Shown: positions 23,673 through 37,736, counted from the whole stretch's first letter. The stretch: 57,552 nt of DNA, filler included, from Sphacelaria rigidula (GCA_964200075.2; 7 parts of 7 records of this genome joined end to end with filler, not necessarily neighbours in it), one strand, 5' to 3'. Numbers and translations are program-made. The notes: generated by a model not told the origin, from the sequence alone.

Positions 23673-24566
23673 TCATGATACAAGAATCAAAAGCCAACGG
23701 CGGGTATAATATAAGCGCTGCCGGCCCATACACCCAACAGACCGTCTGTAACAGCTAATATATCGTGCATCGTACCGTCCATCCCAGTCCGATGAACACT
23801 CCGAGAATACTGTCCTTTTTGGGAAACAAACACGCAATAAGTTGATAGAGAGATTCAACCATGCAACATTAATACAGGCCCATTCAACCATGCCACATGA
23901 ACCCCTTGCTCAATCGTAGTGCAAACCTCGCAACACTAACCTAAATATTTCCGAGCAACTCGCGCTCTTCAACCGCTCAATCATCGAAGATTCGTATCCA
24001 AACGTCGCTTTAAATCCGAGCGTCTCCAGTGAGTCAAATACGACCAACAGATTACTGTACACCTCATCAAGGCTAACCCCTCCAAATACCGCAACACCTT
24101 CCGGCTTGTTGCATGTTGGGGAAATCTTGCTGTCATGGGTTTGCCCACGGGGTACATCATTCCGCACGATTCCCGGACCCGTTTTGATCTTTGTTCCCCA
24201 TGGAAGAACTCGTTTCAAATATTCAATATCCCCTCTGAAAAACTGATCGCGACGTTGTTCAGGCTGCTGAACCTCCGGACCCGGGCGTTCACCCCAGGGT
24301 TGCTGCCCATGTAATCAGTGCTGATATTTTTCAAAATCATGATCATCTTGAAGTATTTTCCGCGTCCGATGATTTTGCTGCCTGCCGGCAAGATACACGT
24401 AATAGTTCAAATGAAGATATGTGAAAAACGCGTGAAGATCAACAAAAGTGGTCGAGGTGTATAAGGTGTACTGATGATACTGTACGCCATAGTCCTGAGA
24501 CCATTGACTTTGCATACCTACAAAGCCGAGACGAAGCGATTCTACGGTAGGGGGGGGCGTACTCAT
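23673..24566 (-). pseudogene. Decayed intronless reading frame, unidentified
   Basis: ORFs 24315-24566, 23910-24218 and 23673-23891 share one frame, separated by single stops. Confidence 0.35.
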
Positions 24567-24608
24567 TTGCTGCTTGCCTTAGTCGTTTGACCATTGACCA
24601 CGCATCCC

Positions 24609-24708
24609 NNNNNNNNNNNNNNNNNNNNNNNNNNNNNNNNNNNNNNNNNNNNTTAATTAATTAANNNNNNNNNNNNNNNNNNNNNNNNNNNNNNNNNNNN
24701 NNNNNNNN
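24609..24708. other. Artificial contig linker
   Basis: Same spacer. Confidence 0.97.
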
Positions 24709-26325
24709 AATTTCGGACTGATAACAGATTTCTCCAACAAATTAATTAACGTCGTTTTTTTTTTTTTTCGTCAGCTGTGTTTTCCCCGGAGAAGTCGAGC
24801 GTACGCCGCGTCAAAATGTGAAGAAAAAAAACCCTTCATCTTTGGGAGGTCGAAATCGAAAAACATACCGATGGATCAGGGCTTTCGTACCCGAACACCG
24901 GGACGTCTATGACCAACGTCACGCACGGTCGGCGGTTTACCACCCCGTTGCTCAGGCGAAGGCTCTTAACTTGGCACCCACCCCTCCGACGCCAGTTGCT
25001 GCACGTGAAAAAGAGGCGCTCCGTTCTGCTGCGCTTCTCGATGACTGTGACTGTGCAGGACTTATCTGCGGACGCCCGTATGTTTTCTGTTTACTTTTTT
25101 GACGAACGATTGCACGTATCAGCTCTATCTCGTTTCCTCTCCTTTCGTTGGCGAGGATCTTATAATAGCGTACCGTAAAACTGCGTTGTTGTTCCTCAGT
25201 GGTGGGAGTTTCTTTTTTTTTTTCGGTCCGGATGTGGTTCCGCATCATCGCAAGACATTTTTTCGAGGCGTTTTCCCTAATGTCTTGCCGTATATCCCGC
25301 CTATTTCGGCAGACTGAATTTGCAACGGGACAGAACGTACTTGGTAACTACGAATCAGGTCGTTACATTTTAGTCGTAGAAAACGTGGAGAGTAGTCTAG
25401 GACCTTGTGTTCGTGCGGCCTAATCGCGTGGCCAATGACGCCCGCACTCACTTGTTCCAACACAACACAGTACCGTACAGTACACTGGCCCAACGCACAG
25501 CACCAGCTGGAGTGTCGCAGCAACGGGCAGCGCGGTGTTCGTTTCACGGAAAACGTAAAAGCCAATACACCATGACTGAAGTTTTCAACAGCGTGCAGCC
25601 AGCACTGTGTGCCGACCAACATTGATTTCTGCAGAGACGAACGCAACGACAACATCGCCGCTCAGGCAATGTAAACCGTCTTCGAAATGCGGTAACACAC
25701 CACAGCTCAGACAATGAAAGCTCCGACACATGAGAGAGGGCGAGAGTGTGTTTTCGCCGCGGTACAGTGAAACAGGACATGTTCCATGTTTCGGTCCTCC
25801 GCCTGAGTTTGGACAAGTCTTCAATGTTGGGCAAGTGCTGAGGTTGAACGCTCGGCCATAGTCGCGCTTCCGTTAGCTCACTTCAAGTTACCCGTATCTG
25901 TGTGTGGGAGGTCTGGCTTGTTTTGCGGGCTTCGCCTGCTCATTTAACACGTATATTCTGTCCCGGCACATCTTCATCTTGCCCCTATGTCATTCTATAT
26001 TTTTGACGAGTTATTTGTTTCCACGGCTTGTCCGTGGTCTGGGTATTAATGTGTTTAATTTCGTCCACGGGTGGTTCCATAATATAGCTATGTCCGACAT
26101 GGAGCAACCAACTTTAATTTGAATCTTGAATGGTTCCTATATGACACGGCCGGTAGTACAGTAATTCCAATGTAAACGTACATGCGACGATCGGGCATGG
26201 ACGAGTGCCAGGAGGTAGAATAGTAATTCCAGTATAAATGGTGGCCACGCCTCCTTACGGGGAAATGCTGCGCTCTCGTAAGCCGACAAGATGTCATATA
26301 GTAGTGTACATGAATCATGTATTTA

Positions 26326-26560
26326 CAGGCTGGTTCAGGGTGGACGACCGGAATCTACTCCCCAGCGAGTATTCACGCCGTTTTTCGAGTCAGACCCTGG
26401 AATTTCGCGAACGGATGCTCTGAGATATTTAAAAAGACTGTGTGAATGGGGTGTCCGATTTTTTGTCTTTTGCCAAATATACGGGGTTCCACGAGGCGGT
26501 GTCAGATACCGTGTGCAAAGTTTTCAGGGGCCAACTCGAAAACACGGCGTGAACAATCGC
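26326..26560. mobile_element. MITE with TA+CAGGCTGGTTCAGG end (Tc1/mariner-type)
   Basis: Homologous to the reverse complement of 33770-33859; internal inverted arms CACGCCGTTTTTCGAGT / ACTCGAAAACACGGCGTG. Confidence 0.65.
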
Positions 26561-27914
26561 CCGTATGTGCGTTGAAGTATACAATCGTACGCGGAATCCC
26601 CCTGATTACTTGATTACAGTTTGCTGCCGACGTTTCCCTTGTGCTCTAAGCTTATGCCGACCGTTTGGGATCTGCGTTCCGAGTTACGCAACGAAACTCG
26701 GTACGCACGTTTCTTGGACCACCTCGGGACGATTCATATCTGCATTATTGTCTCGAGACGATCTGTACCGGCTTCTAGGCGTCTCCGCGCTGGGACCACG
26801 GGAAGCTGGTAGAGGGCGGATAAGTTCTGAGATATTCTTGAACGATTTTTTTTTTTTTTCATTCGTAGCATCCACATCTATCAAACTACCAAGTTTGAGG
26901 ATGATTGGCGCTCTTCGAACGTCACGAGAGGAAAGGTCAAAAGTCTTGATGGATCTTTGACGCATACTACAGTATTAGTGGAAATCCAACGACCCCAAAA
27001 CTTCACTCCATCGAAAGAACACATTTTGGGGGTATAACTCGATCCCGTATAAACCGTTTTCACATCTGTTTCTTGCGTTAGATTCCCAAGCAGATGGCGG
27101 TTACTGAGGTTCGATTCTTGATGAAACTGTGTACAAATTGAGTCGGCAATTTGTACTTTTAACTTGAAAAAAAACGAAGGCCCCTGATTGGCCGACAAAC
27201 GTTTCCGGAACCAGCCCCACGGTAAAGGACGCAAGCATTTTTTTGTTTTGACCATGCCACTCTGTTTGCTTGCTCATGGGAGTCACGATGATAACCATTC
27301 TTTTATATATATATTGCGTCACTTTTGCGTTCTGTATCTATAATGGTGGGGAAGAGATATTGGGCATTCACCCTGAACCAGCCTGTGTGTGTCCTTTCGT
27401 TGAACGAACACTGTCCGAAACTTCATCTTCGGACTACTCCTTTGCTTTGCTCTCGCATGATTTTATGTGTCATGTCTCTCGTATGCTACCCTACTGCTTG
27501 TCACTACAAACCAAATCCACAAGAAAGGGGTTCTTGGTACCATGCGCTCACTCCCCGTGTATCGAGGAAGGTCTCGAGTCCGTGAGGGGCAACCCTTGCC
27601 TTTGTGGCAAACAAGGGGTCATGGCGAGTCGCGTAGTTCTCGATCTTGATTGACGTACTGAAACCCAATGCACCCTTCACGCCCCTCCCTCCGTACTTCT
27701 CTTGTCCTCCTCTTATCAATTCCGTCATGTACTGATATTTTTACCCTTCTACCGCTCATCACGTCTCCCAAAGAAGTTACCCCCCCCCTTCCCCCCCCCC
27801 TCCTCTACAGGGTAAGGGGTAGGTAGGCAGGCACCGCACGAGAGTAGTGAACGAAGCGAACCAGAGCTCGAATAATATTCTCGTGGCGGAGAGAGGTTGA
27901 TGGAAGGTTTGAGA

Positions 27915-28460
27915 CGGTCACCGGGGTGGCTCAGCTCGTAACCTCGAAACGTTGTGCCGGTTGGGACGAGTGGTTACACGGTAGGGGTTCACTTTTGTTT
28001 TTCTGAGGCTCTTCACGTTAGGAGCCTCTCGGTGACACACATCCGGACCTTAGTGTGCAGTCCCAGAAAATATTTGGACATGAAACGTGCACCCCCTACC
28101 GTAGCATCACTCGAGCGCGGGTTCGGATCTCGGTGTAGTCAGACGCTCTGAGATTTTGTTTTTCTCATATCATGTTCAACGGTGGAGGGCGACTATGTCG
28201 TGAGTACACGAAGCTCAACTGGACGGTCGACGAGGGAAAGGGCCCGCTGAACCTTTCTCGCGATCAAAAAATAAACGCAAGCGCCACAACAGGAGGAAGG
28301 TGGAGTTTTAAAATACAAAGGAAATGTGAAGAAAAGAAGGACTCGTGTGTTTACTTCCCTCCTGTGTGACCCCGGCTGATGCACCCACGCATACCGAAAG
28401 GTTTAGATGGCGTGCAGAATTGGTGGGATGAACACACACACATACACATACAGACACACG
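27915..28460 (+). mobile_element. tRNA-derived SINE with a MITE inserted between its A and B boxes
   Basis: GGTGGCTCAG A box, GGTTCGGATC B box, family body and CA-rich tail. Confidence 0.85.
27967..28113. mobile_element. 147-bp MITE (CGAGTG...ACGGTAGGGG TIR)
   Basis: CGAGTGGTTACACGGTAGGGG / CCCCTACCGTAGCATCACTCG; absent from the other SINE copies. Confidence 0.75.
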
Positions 28461-28584
28461 CTGGTGACTTTGTCTCCACAACCGCTATCTGCTCGTCTCA
28501 TGCTCCCACCCTGAAAGCAAACACTTATTGTCACCCGAACAACAAACACTGGTTGACGATATTTTGTTTTTTGGGGCGACGCAG

Positions 28585-28896
28585 GGCATGAACACAAGCG
28601 ACCTAGTCGACGACAGCGAAGGATCGGAATCGGACCGTTCCGGTTCAAGCGGCGCCGGAGCTTTCCACAGAGGAGGCGGCGAGGAGGAGGACGACGACGA
28701 AGAGAGTCATGGGTTGGAACGGTCCGCGCGCCAGTTTGTGAAACGTTCCTCATTCCCGCCCCGCGTGCTCTCGCGGCGAGGTGCGACCGAGGCCGTCGAA
28801 GGTGGCGAACGGGGCAAACCGAAGGCTACAGGAGGAAGTGATCATGGTGCTGTGGACAAGAGCGACAGCAGTAAAAAAAAGCGGCTCAAAAGATAG
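28585..28896 (+). CDS. Putative 3'-terminal exon of a host gene (acidic low-complexity region, C-terminal KKKRLKR NLS-like motif)
   Basis: T-rich tract + CGCAG acceptor, GC-rich open frame GMNTSDLVDD...KKKRLKR-stop. Confidence 0.5.
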   Translation, partial: GMNTSDLVDDSEGSESDRSGSSGAGAFHRGGGEEEDDDEESHGLERSARQFVKRSSFPPRVLSRRGATEAVEGGERGKPKATGGSDHGAVDKSDSSKKKRLKR

Positions 28897-29280
28897 AGAG
28901 AGCTATCTACTTTCGATAAAAGGAGAAAAAAATGGAAAGACAAGACATTCTTCTTTTCATCTGGTTTTGCCCTGGTGCCTTCCCACGGATCCACCGTTGG
29001 GGACGGCAAGTTTTCCCGTCGTCTGTTCTCTCTGGTGTATGTGTGTGTTGCACGGGTCCGACGAATCAGTAATTCGTCTGGAAATTACTTAATTTTAGTG
29101 CCTTGGGGTCTGTTTTCAGCGTTGCAAGCCAGGCACGCTCAGCCCAGGCGCGCGGAATGGCGCAAAAGTTGCGTGGGAACCTTTTTGACCATCGGTAGAC
29201 TTTTTCTCTTTTTCGAGCAATCAGGCCTGAAAAAGTCGTTGATTGGGAGATTCGAATCGGCGATGATTCGTCCGAACCGT

Positions 29281-29641
29281 GGTGTGTTGTCATCCCATCT
29301 ATTTTGGACGCCAGTCTACACCTTTCTGTATATGTGGGCGCATCAGCCGGGATCATACAGGAGAAAGGCAAACGCAAGAGCTTTTTATTTTTTATTTTGT
29401 TTTAGTTATCCAGCTTCCTTCTACGATGCTTGTTTTATTTTGATCGCGAGAGGGGTTCAGCAGCCCTTTCCCCTCTCGTCGACCGTAGAGTCGAATTTTG
29501 TGTACCCACGACATAGTCGCTCTCCACTGTCGGGCATTGTGTGAGAAAAATCCCATATCGTGTTACCGCACCGAGATTCGAACCCACGACCCAACCGTCG
29601 GAAGATTTCGAGGTTACCAACTGAGCCACCAGGGCGACCGG
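29281..29641 (-). mobile_element. Full-length tRNA-derived SINE
   Basis: Reverse complement reads CCGGTCGCCCTGGTGGCTCAGTTGGTAAC...GGGTTCGAATCTCGG...GGGATGACAACAC. Confidence 0.9.
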
Positions 29642-32600
29642 TATGGATTTGAAAAATAGTGGCTGTCGAGCATCATCCATGGGGCAACGGGGACGGGGGC
29701 AGGGGAGCGTTACTTCCGTAGCGGAGATATAGTTACGCTAGTGGGAGTTTGTCGACCAAAAACTCAGGCTGGGCTGTGCTGTCTGTGATCTTGCTCTGCG
29801 ATTTTGGGAGTTTGTGGCTGCAATTTGTTACACGGGCATTGTGACTGCGGACATCGCCACATGGGAACGATGGTTGTCGAGTGACGTCATTCATGGTGAG
29901 AAGGAGGAGCAGCAGTTACCGACGGAACGTCTTTCTTTTTTTCTTTTTTTCTTTTTCTTCGTGAACCCCGTGGATGGTGACTTGCTGCGGTGCGGTGCAG
30001 TCAGGCAGGTGGGCTTTTCGGAGGGTATGATTGTGCGACAATTAATTGAATCAATCAATCGATGCCGGGCAACGCAACACCCGGCGATCCTCGCTGAAGC
30101 GCATCTTCTCAGATGCTTTCGGGGTTTAGTACCGCATGTGCTCGAAGCAGAGACAGAGAGAGAGCTGGTGTTGGTGGATGTGTATAGTGAGAGAGACAGC
30201 TGTACCTGGATCGTCTGGACTTCGCGCTGCCTGACATTTGCAATAGTAGATCATTTTCGTTGGTCGACAATGATTGGCGAAGAAGGGGTCTGCCTGACCG
30301 GAGATTCTTGATTTGTGAGTGACATACTCTATGTACATGGTGTCATCTTGTTGTGAAGGATGGGTTGGTCATGGATGACGCTAGTGTGTGTGTGGGGGGG
30401 GGGGGGGGGGGGGGGGGATTTGTTTTTTTGTGGGGGGGGGGTTTTTTTTGTTGGGGAGGAAATGAAGAAAATTNNNNNNNNNNGAGTTATTTGCCATATG
30501 TGGGGGGTTGGTGGTTTGTGGGGGGGTGGGGGGGGGTGGGGAGGGGGGGTGGGGGGGGGGGGGGGGGGGGGGGGGGGTAGAGATTCGTTTTATATCAGAC
30601 GGAGGTTTTGTATTCCTGGAGAAGACATGACGAAAATTGCAGGCGTATGATATGTTCATCTCGTTCTGTATTGTCATAGCAGCGGTATATAGGACAATGC
30701 GGGCTGTCAGACGATGTCACAGGCAGCTAGCTAGCCGAGGGAAATGTTCTTCCCGTTGAACACCACTCATGTAAGTGCGATATGGCCTTCGGTCCAGTCC
30801 ACGGCGAAACAATGTAGCACAGGTCGAACAGCTCACGATCGAGCTGAAGATTACTTCTTCTTGGTGTACTGATCCTGATAATGAGCTGCCGTAGTTAATA
30901 TGGACCCTTTCCCCACATTTTCTCCTTGCAGCGCTGGGGGCCGACCACACAGAGTAGCGCAAAAGGTAGCGCTTTGACCTCTCGGACCCCGTCGTCACGT
31001 ATTGTGTGTTCTTGGACAAGGGATCTGAGAGTCCTAGTCAAGAAGGTATTTTGGTCAGCTCATGAGCTGTCCGACGTGTGCAATACAGCAAGGTAGTTAG
31101 TTCTAATAGCTTGGGCAGCGCTGAGTTTGTCCCGCGAGGATACTGTAGTAATCGTGAAACTACTCGTATAAGGCTTGCTTTTCTCGGCATGTCGAACTGA
31201 CGGGTCTCGAATTTTGACATCTGGAAACTTTAGCATTACGACATATTATAGATCGATGCGTTTTGATGAGAGGTGAAGGCGATTGAAGGGGGAGAAACAA
31301 GAACGGCCGAGCGGGATGGTATGTATGGTATATATATATATATATGTATACATGTATACAAATTTTTCCAAAGCTTTGTATCTTGTTCTCGATCGAATTT
31401 GTGTGTGTGCTGTCGCGCAAGACCTTTTTTACACCTGAAGCCCCATGTTGCAAAGGCCGGTCATTTCTGGTTTTTACTTTTTCTTCGTTTTGTTCTGTTC
31501 TGTTTGTTTATTGTCAGTCTACCCTCTCGTCTCTAATCCACTTTTCTGTTTTCTTCGCTTTCGTTTGGCGAGTACTTTACGGTTCGTTTTATCCCGGAAA
31601 CGTCTCTTACCGTGTAGCCACGGCTGGATCCATAGGCGATCAACCGATGTGCGATAATTAATCAAATCAAGATGAACATATCTGTCTGGATATGTACACA
31701 AGCAGGCATCCACGCCTACAGTAGTCGTAATCAACTTTTCCCCGCATGCATGTGGGGTCCTTGTTTCATTTTCTGGTCTCCATGCGGTATTGTAGTGTCT
31801 GGTTTGTTCCCCACATCTCTTTGGTGGTCAGCTTTGAGGTTTCCCTTGCGCTTTGGTGAAGTGCATGCGTTCCGGGGGTTTGCCCAAAGTTGCTCAAGAG
31901 TTATGTAAGGAAAGGGTTCGAAAAAGCGATTTTGCACTACGTGGCGGGATTATTTTTTACAAGGAGAAGGAGAGGTGCGGAGTCTGTAGACAAGCAAGTG
32001 GTGTTCGGATTGACGACGGGTATGTTTGAGTGAAGAGTCATTGTGACGACAAATCGAGTAAAACCATTATATCTCGTGGAATACGGTTACTGAACAGAGT
32101 TACATTCAGCAGGTGGCTGCAGACGTTGGAATTGACTACGGTATTGTAGTGGCCAAAATGATGGAGGAGGCGACGAGCTTTATCGGTTGTGCCACTACAC
32201 TCTTTCCGTTAGTCGGCAGCTGGCCGTCAGTATCCAGATTAGGCCCAAGAAGGTTGTTAGAAATCCATATACACCAACCGGTGAGTCGTGTTGTCCTTTC
32301 GTGTCGAGTGAAATGTTTTTTTTCGCAATACAGACAATAAAATGAGCAGTTTTTTCCCGCGTAAAACGTCGTGATCGTTGACGTTTTTCATTTCATCTAA
32401 TATTTTGGGGGGATTCAAATACTCCAACACAATATATCATTCCAATATGTGTGGTACGTAGGCGGGGGGTAGGAGGTTGCGCAGGGGCGAGGCGGGGCGG
32501 GCTGTGTTTGCCCTACACCAGAGACCTACAACATACAGGAGTGCCCTTGCGGCTTTCTTAGGGAAGAATGTGATATTGAGCAATGTATGAGATTTCGAAA

Positions 32601-32844
32601 CACGCTTGGATACAAACTGCAGAGTGCTCGCACAGCGATCAAAATCTTACCTCTGCATGTTGGCTGCTGATGATGACACAAATGGATGCAAACTGTGAAG
32701 TGCTCGCTCAGTGATAAAAATTGACCTCTTATAACTGATAAAAATTACATGAAATGCAAATCATCTTGCAAATCTTGAAAGAGGGGGGAGGGGGGGGGGG
32801 GGGGGGGGGGGTTATTTTTTGTGGAGGTTCTATGTGTCTTGCCC

Positions 32845-32944
32845 NNNNNNNNNNNNNNNNNNNNNNNNNNNNNNNNNNNNNNNNNNNNTTAATTAATTAA
32901 NNNNNNNNNNNNNNNNNNNNNNNNNNNNNNNNNNNNNNNNNNNN
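32845..32944. other. Artificial contig linker
   Basis: Same spacer. Confidence 0.97.
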
Positions 32945-33499
32945 TGATTGACCGCTTTTCACTCTCAATCGTATCATCTACTCTCAATCTCACGAAAACA
33001 CTGTTAAATGCCTTTCGCAATACCTACCCAATAGTCGCATATATAATATATGATACCATCCTACGACCGTCATGGACAGCTGAAGAGCGTGACATAGCCA
33101 GATTTGTGTGTAAGGCCGTAGTGGTAACGCTAAGGACGAAAAAAAAGTATGTCGACCAATCAGCGCCCGTCAAGTTGTTCAGAGATCAAAATCACGAATT
33201 TCAAGCCCAATTTTCACCCAATCTCCACATGCTTCAAATCGTAGTAACCGTCATCCGCTCAGTCAGGAATCTAACGAAAAAAACATCATTTAGTAGTCTC
33301 CATTCTGGGACCCCGCGAAACCGGCACAACGATTTTTTTCAACTTTTTCGTGAACGAGCTGTCGCCGCATAACCCAAGGAAGGGCCCCACAAACTTTCAT
33401 CGCAAAACTCGATCAACTAACTGATGTCTGAAGTTTCATGTTCACGTCAAAAACAGGCCCCAAAACACCGTTTCCTTATTAAAATCAAGTAATTTGTGG

Positions 33500-33859
33500 T
33501 TTAACCGCGGAACGTCAAAGTTCATCGCACAAAAAAGCAAAAAACCTTTTAAGGAGTTAGAGCCTGAAAATTTGCACTACTGTGCAATGAGTCATTACGC
33601 AACTTTGGATGAGTGAGGGTTTTTAGTTTTGTCTTCATTATTACCGTTTTACCGGGGTCCGATTGGATCGATGTTTTCCCGAAAAAACTGGGACCCCTGA
33701 AAAACGGTGAAAAAAGTTAGTAAGTCGAAAAACCTCGACCATCGAAAGTTGCGTAATGTCCCGTAGAACATCTGTGCAAAATTTGAGGGTCTAACTCCTG
33801 AAAACGGCGTGAGGTTTTGCCGATGAGTGTTTTTTGGGTGATAAGCCTGAACCAGCCTG
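33500..33859. mobile_element. MITE of the CAGGCTGGTTCAGG family
   Basis: Ends CCTGAACCAGCCTG-TA; inverted arms 33550-33610 / 33740-33800; left boundary uncertain. Confidence 0.55.
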
Positions 33860-34291
33860 TACAACTTATCGGAGATGGTGCAGTATTATTACCTACCTGG
33901 TTGTTTTCTCTCGCGAAAAACCCTGCCGAATGGGAGAATATTCACTTCTTTTTCCGGTTCGAATCTCAGGTCCCAACATTCAGTAAGTGATATTCTGTTG
34001 GTTCTCGTCCGGTTTCCCCCTGCAGTACGGCTGTTGTTCTGTACAAGTACATGGCTGCATGTTTCACATCTTATATGGATACATGAAAAGACATCAACGA
34101 TTGCACTGACCGTACTGTAGTGGCCGGCCACTATAAACAACGTTTTTGTGAGATTGAGAGTCTAGCGTTGATTGAGGCTGAGCTTTCTTGTTCGCTCCAG
34201 CTTCATCAAACTTCATCTTGGGTGTGCTGTTCTTTGCGAATAGTAATTGTGCTTACAGCTCCACGTCGATATTGTACTCAAGGGCATCAAA

Positions 34292-34740
34292 GAAGACGGG
34301 ATCTTACAAATTGGGGATGGATCTTTTATTGGGGATGAGAAACCCGGAGAATTAAAATCTTCGTATCAACACCAAATCTTCGAAAAATTGTTCAATTTCT
34401 TCACATACTGATAGCTATTGACAACTTCTGCTACACGCCGTAGAAATTTGGATTACGACCACCGAAATGTTGGGGTCCTAGATCAAAAACCAATCTCGCA
34501 ACCATTTTGGCGTCCGTTCGGACACCCGGAATTCCCCAAAATTGGTTTTTCACCCAGGACCCCAACGTTTCAGTTATCGAAATCCAAATTTGTATGGCGC
34601 GTAGCAATTGTCAGTAGCTATCAGTAGGTGAAGAAATGGAACCAAATTTCGAAGATTTGGTGTGGATACGAAGATTGTGATTATCCCGGTTTCTCATTCC
34701 CAATGAAAGATCCATCCAAAATTTGTAAGATCCCGTGTTG
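34292..34740. mobile_element. ~450-bp foldback MITE (second complete copy)
   Basis: Same arms as 19458-19911; flanked by AA/AA. Confidence 0.88.
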
Positions 34741-34895
34741 AAGACTCCAGTGGCAAGCTATGCTACGGAAAGCATATCGGGCCTCACATGAGGCACGAAG
34801 GGGCATTTGGGACCTGAAACTATTTCATTCATTGGTTGATCGCTACTCACTCTTGATCGTATCCTGGACTTTCACTAAATCTCACGAGAACATTG

Positions 34896-35031
34896 CACGC
34901 CCTGGACAAAATAATACAGTCAAAAAGTGAACTGCGTACATTATCGACTATTGCGCCTATTGCATTAGACAATAGATTCCATACTGTACGCAGTACATTT
35001 TCTTACAACAGAATCTTTTGTTCAGGGTGTG
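34896..35031. mobile_element. ~140-bp MITE, CACACCCTGGACA TIR family
   Basis: TIRs present; flanks GAACATTG/TAACACTG (6/8) duplicate the host-repeat site AAACACTG. Confidence 0.8.
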
Positions 35032-35372
35032 TAACACTGTTACTACAAAATCCCGAGAACGGCAACACGGGACAAACGCTGCACTCACCGAGGAGCACAA
35101 ATGTGGTGAGGGATAGAAACGACAACCATGAAAAATAAATAGGTGTGTGGCATGCTCATGATTCAGTTCAGTGTAAAAGTGTTGTGCTTTTCGGCGTCAC
35201 TCGGTCATGTTGAATTTACCTGCAAAAACGGCATATCTGTCGACAATGCCAGGAAGGACCCCCGAAGACAGACATGACAGGAACACCGTCCACTTCCGAC
35301 CCTTGCCAACATCAGCGACACGACGCGCATGGCCTGCATAGAAAATAACAAACTCTATCCACTCTCACTCTT

Positions 35373-35698
35373 GGGACCCAGATTGGATCAGTCGGTAACC
35401 TTGAAACCTCTTGACGGCCGGAGCGTGGGTTCGAATCTCGGTGGAGTCACGCGATCTCGGATTTTTCTCACACCATGCCCAACAGTGGAAGTTCGACGTC
35501 GCGATCGACGAGGGAAAGGGACCGCCGCTGAACCCTTCTCGCGATTAGAAAAAAGGCAAGCACCGGAGAAGGACGTTGATGCACCAAAATGATCAAAATA
35601 ACTCCTTTGTTCGCCTTCCCCCTGTATGACCCCGGCTAATGCGCCCACACATACCGAAAGGTGTAGACTGGCATCCAGAATAAATGGGATGACAACAC
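35373..35698 (+). mobile_element. tRNA-derived SINE (small internal deletion)
   Basis: GGGTTCGAATCTCGG B box, family body and tail. Confidence 0.85.
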
Positions 35699-36456
35699 TC
35701 CGTGCCGCATCCATCCAAGTCGCTCAGGTCGTATCGTGAGATATCAACGTATCGTGAGGTCCCACCACAGTACAGGATCTCGCCATAACACTGTCACAAT
35801 CACTGCGACGAGTTCGATCCGCTATATTCATATCAAGTGATTGCACTAGATCATTACAGTGTGGGGTCCCATTATATTAATATAGTCACCTCCCCCCCCC
35901 CCAGCTGGCGACTTACCGCACTACGCTGGGACCGCCATTACTCCTACGACACCAGATGGTGCGTTGTCTACGTTCATCGTGGGAAGCACGCCCATACGTC
36001 GAAACACGCGGTTTTGCATTACCCCTCTCGGTGGATCCACAGAAATGCGGCTTCACTATTCTCCCCCCATATTTCTTGCTTAGGCCATCTCAGCATCTAT
36101 AGCTCCTTCGGGTCCTGACGGCTCTTCCGACCCTCCTCCGCCACCCTGTGATTTTGGTACAGCACGGATGATCGTCTTGAAGGCGAGTTCTTTCCCTGGT
36201 TTGAACACCTGGAGGCGAGCCACGCATCAATCGCACAAACCAACGTGACAAGAGGGTTCTAAAAAATATATTTTGAGTAGAACCACACGAAAGAGAATTG
36301 AAATGGTTGTTGCACCTCAACATGACAGAGGTGCCGTACCTGTGACCAGTACCTGACGGGGGTGTTTCACATTGTCTTCTGAATCACCACCAAAGCAGAA
36401 CGGCGTTCTCCGTTCTCCACGGCAGTAGGAGCAGCAGCTTCTGCGGATTTGCAGCT

Positions 36457-36658
<202 letters not shown>

Positions 36659-37736
36659 GTTCGTCACAGCATGCAAGGAGCATGCCACCCATACCCATAA
36701 ATCACACAGCTTGCAGAGAAAGGCATGAAACAAAACATCTACACGAAAAAGGGCACCTACACCACGATAGATCCGTAGAAGACCGATTGAACTACAGGAG
36801 ATCTACTGGAATCTAAAAAGTTCCCGCGTGCGATCTCTCCGACTACCTTGCCATGTACTGGTGTATACACAGAGTAGTAACAGCGAGTAAGCGGATAATC
36901 GAAGCTGTCGCTTAGAACAGAAACCGATCTCGAAATAGATCTACTGTCTAGAGTGCTGTTCAAAGAGATGATCTACAGTGCTTGCGCACCGGACACTGAA
37001 CAACGTCAGATGTGAAGATCCAAGAAGACAAGAAGAACAAAAAAGGAAGAGCCGATGGTAACGAGGAGGGAACGCCAGGAACTACGATCTCCCTCGGGTT
37101 CCCGTCAAGTAGCATCGTCATGGAAACACAAAAGACAGGGCATGTCTAGCCTAAACACGGCATAGCGCTATCAGCAAAAAACATAATCTGTTCAGAGTGT
37201 CCTATGTTCAACCATGAAAACATGGGATATCATCTGTATGTAGTATCCACAACAAACAACTATATCAAAAACCCAACAGAAAAAAAATATTCCGCCCTCG
37301 ACGAAATTAGCCGCCTGCTCTGCTCTTCTCCACTGCAAGGTCCTCTTCGAAGTTGACCTCCTGGCGCTCCCATCTGTCCTCACCAGCGTCCATAGCCAAC
37401 CCAACCCAACCGCCCATCCTCGCCGGTGTCCATGATCCCAAACAGTGTTCCCTCTGCTTCCTTTCGTGATGAAACACTTCCTCCTTCCGTATGCACTTGC
37501 TTCTGGTCTGTAGTAAGTGTCTCGTCCGGGAGGCTCAACCAGACCTAACCCGTCCACTGACGATCGCTCCTCCTCCATTCTTGTCGCCGAAACCAGTCTA
37601 TACACCGGCACACGCTCCCTTGTATCAAAGGTGTGCGTGCCAGCTTTCGACAGCGGTGTCATTTGCCTCCGCGCACACACTGAATCCCAACATGCCCGCA
37701 CTCAGGGTGTTGACATTTCATGCTGTATTACAACAG

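Noticed and set aside
30353-30677. Poly-Gly/Pro ORFs and G-runs (also 5762-5950 and 32783-32812)
   Set aside because: Low-quality homopolymer sequence next to N gaps.
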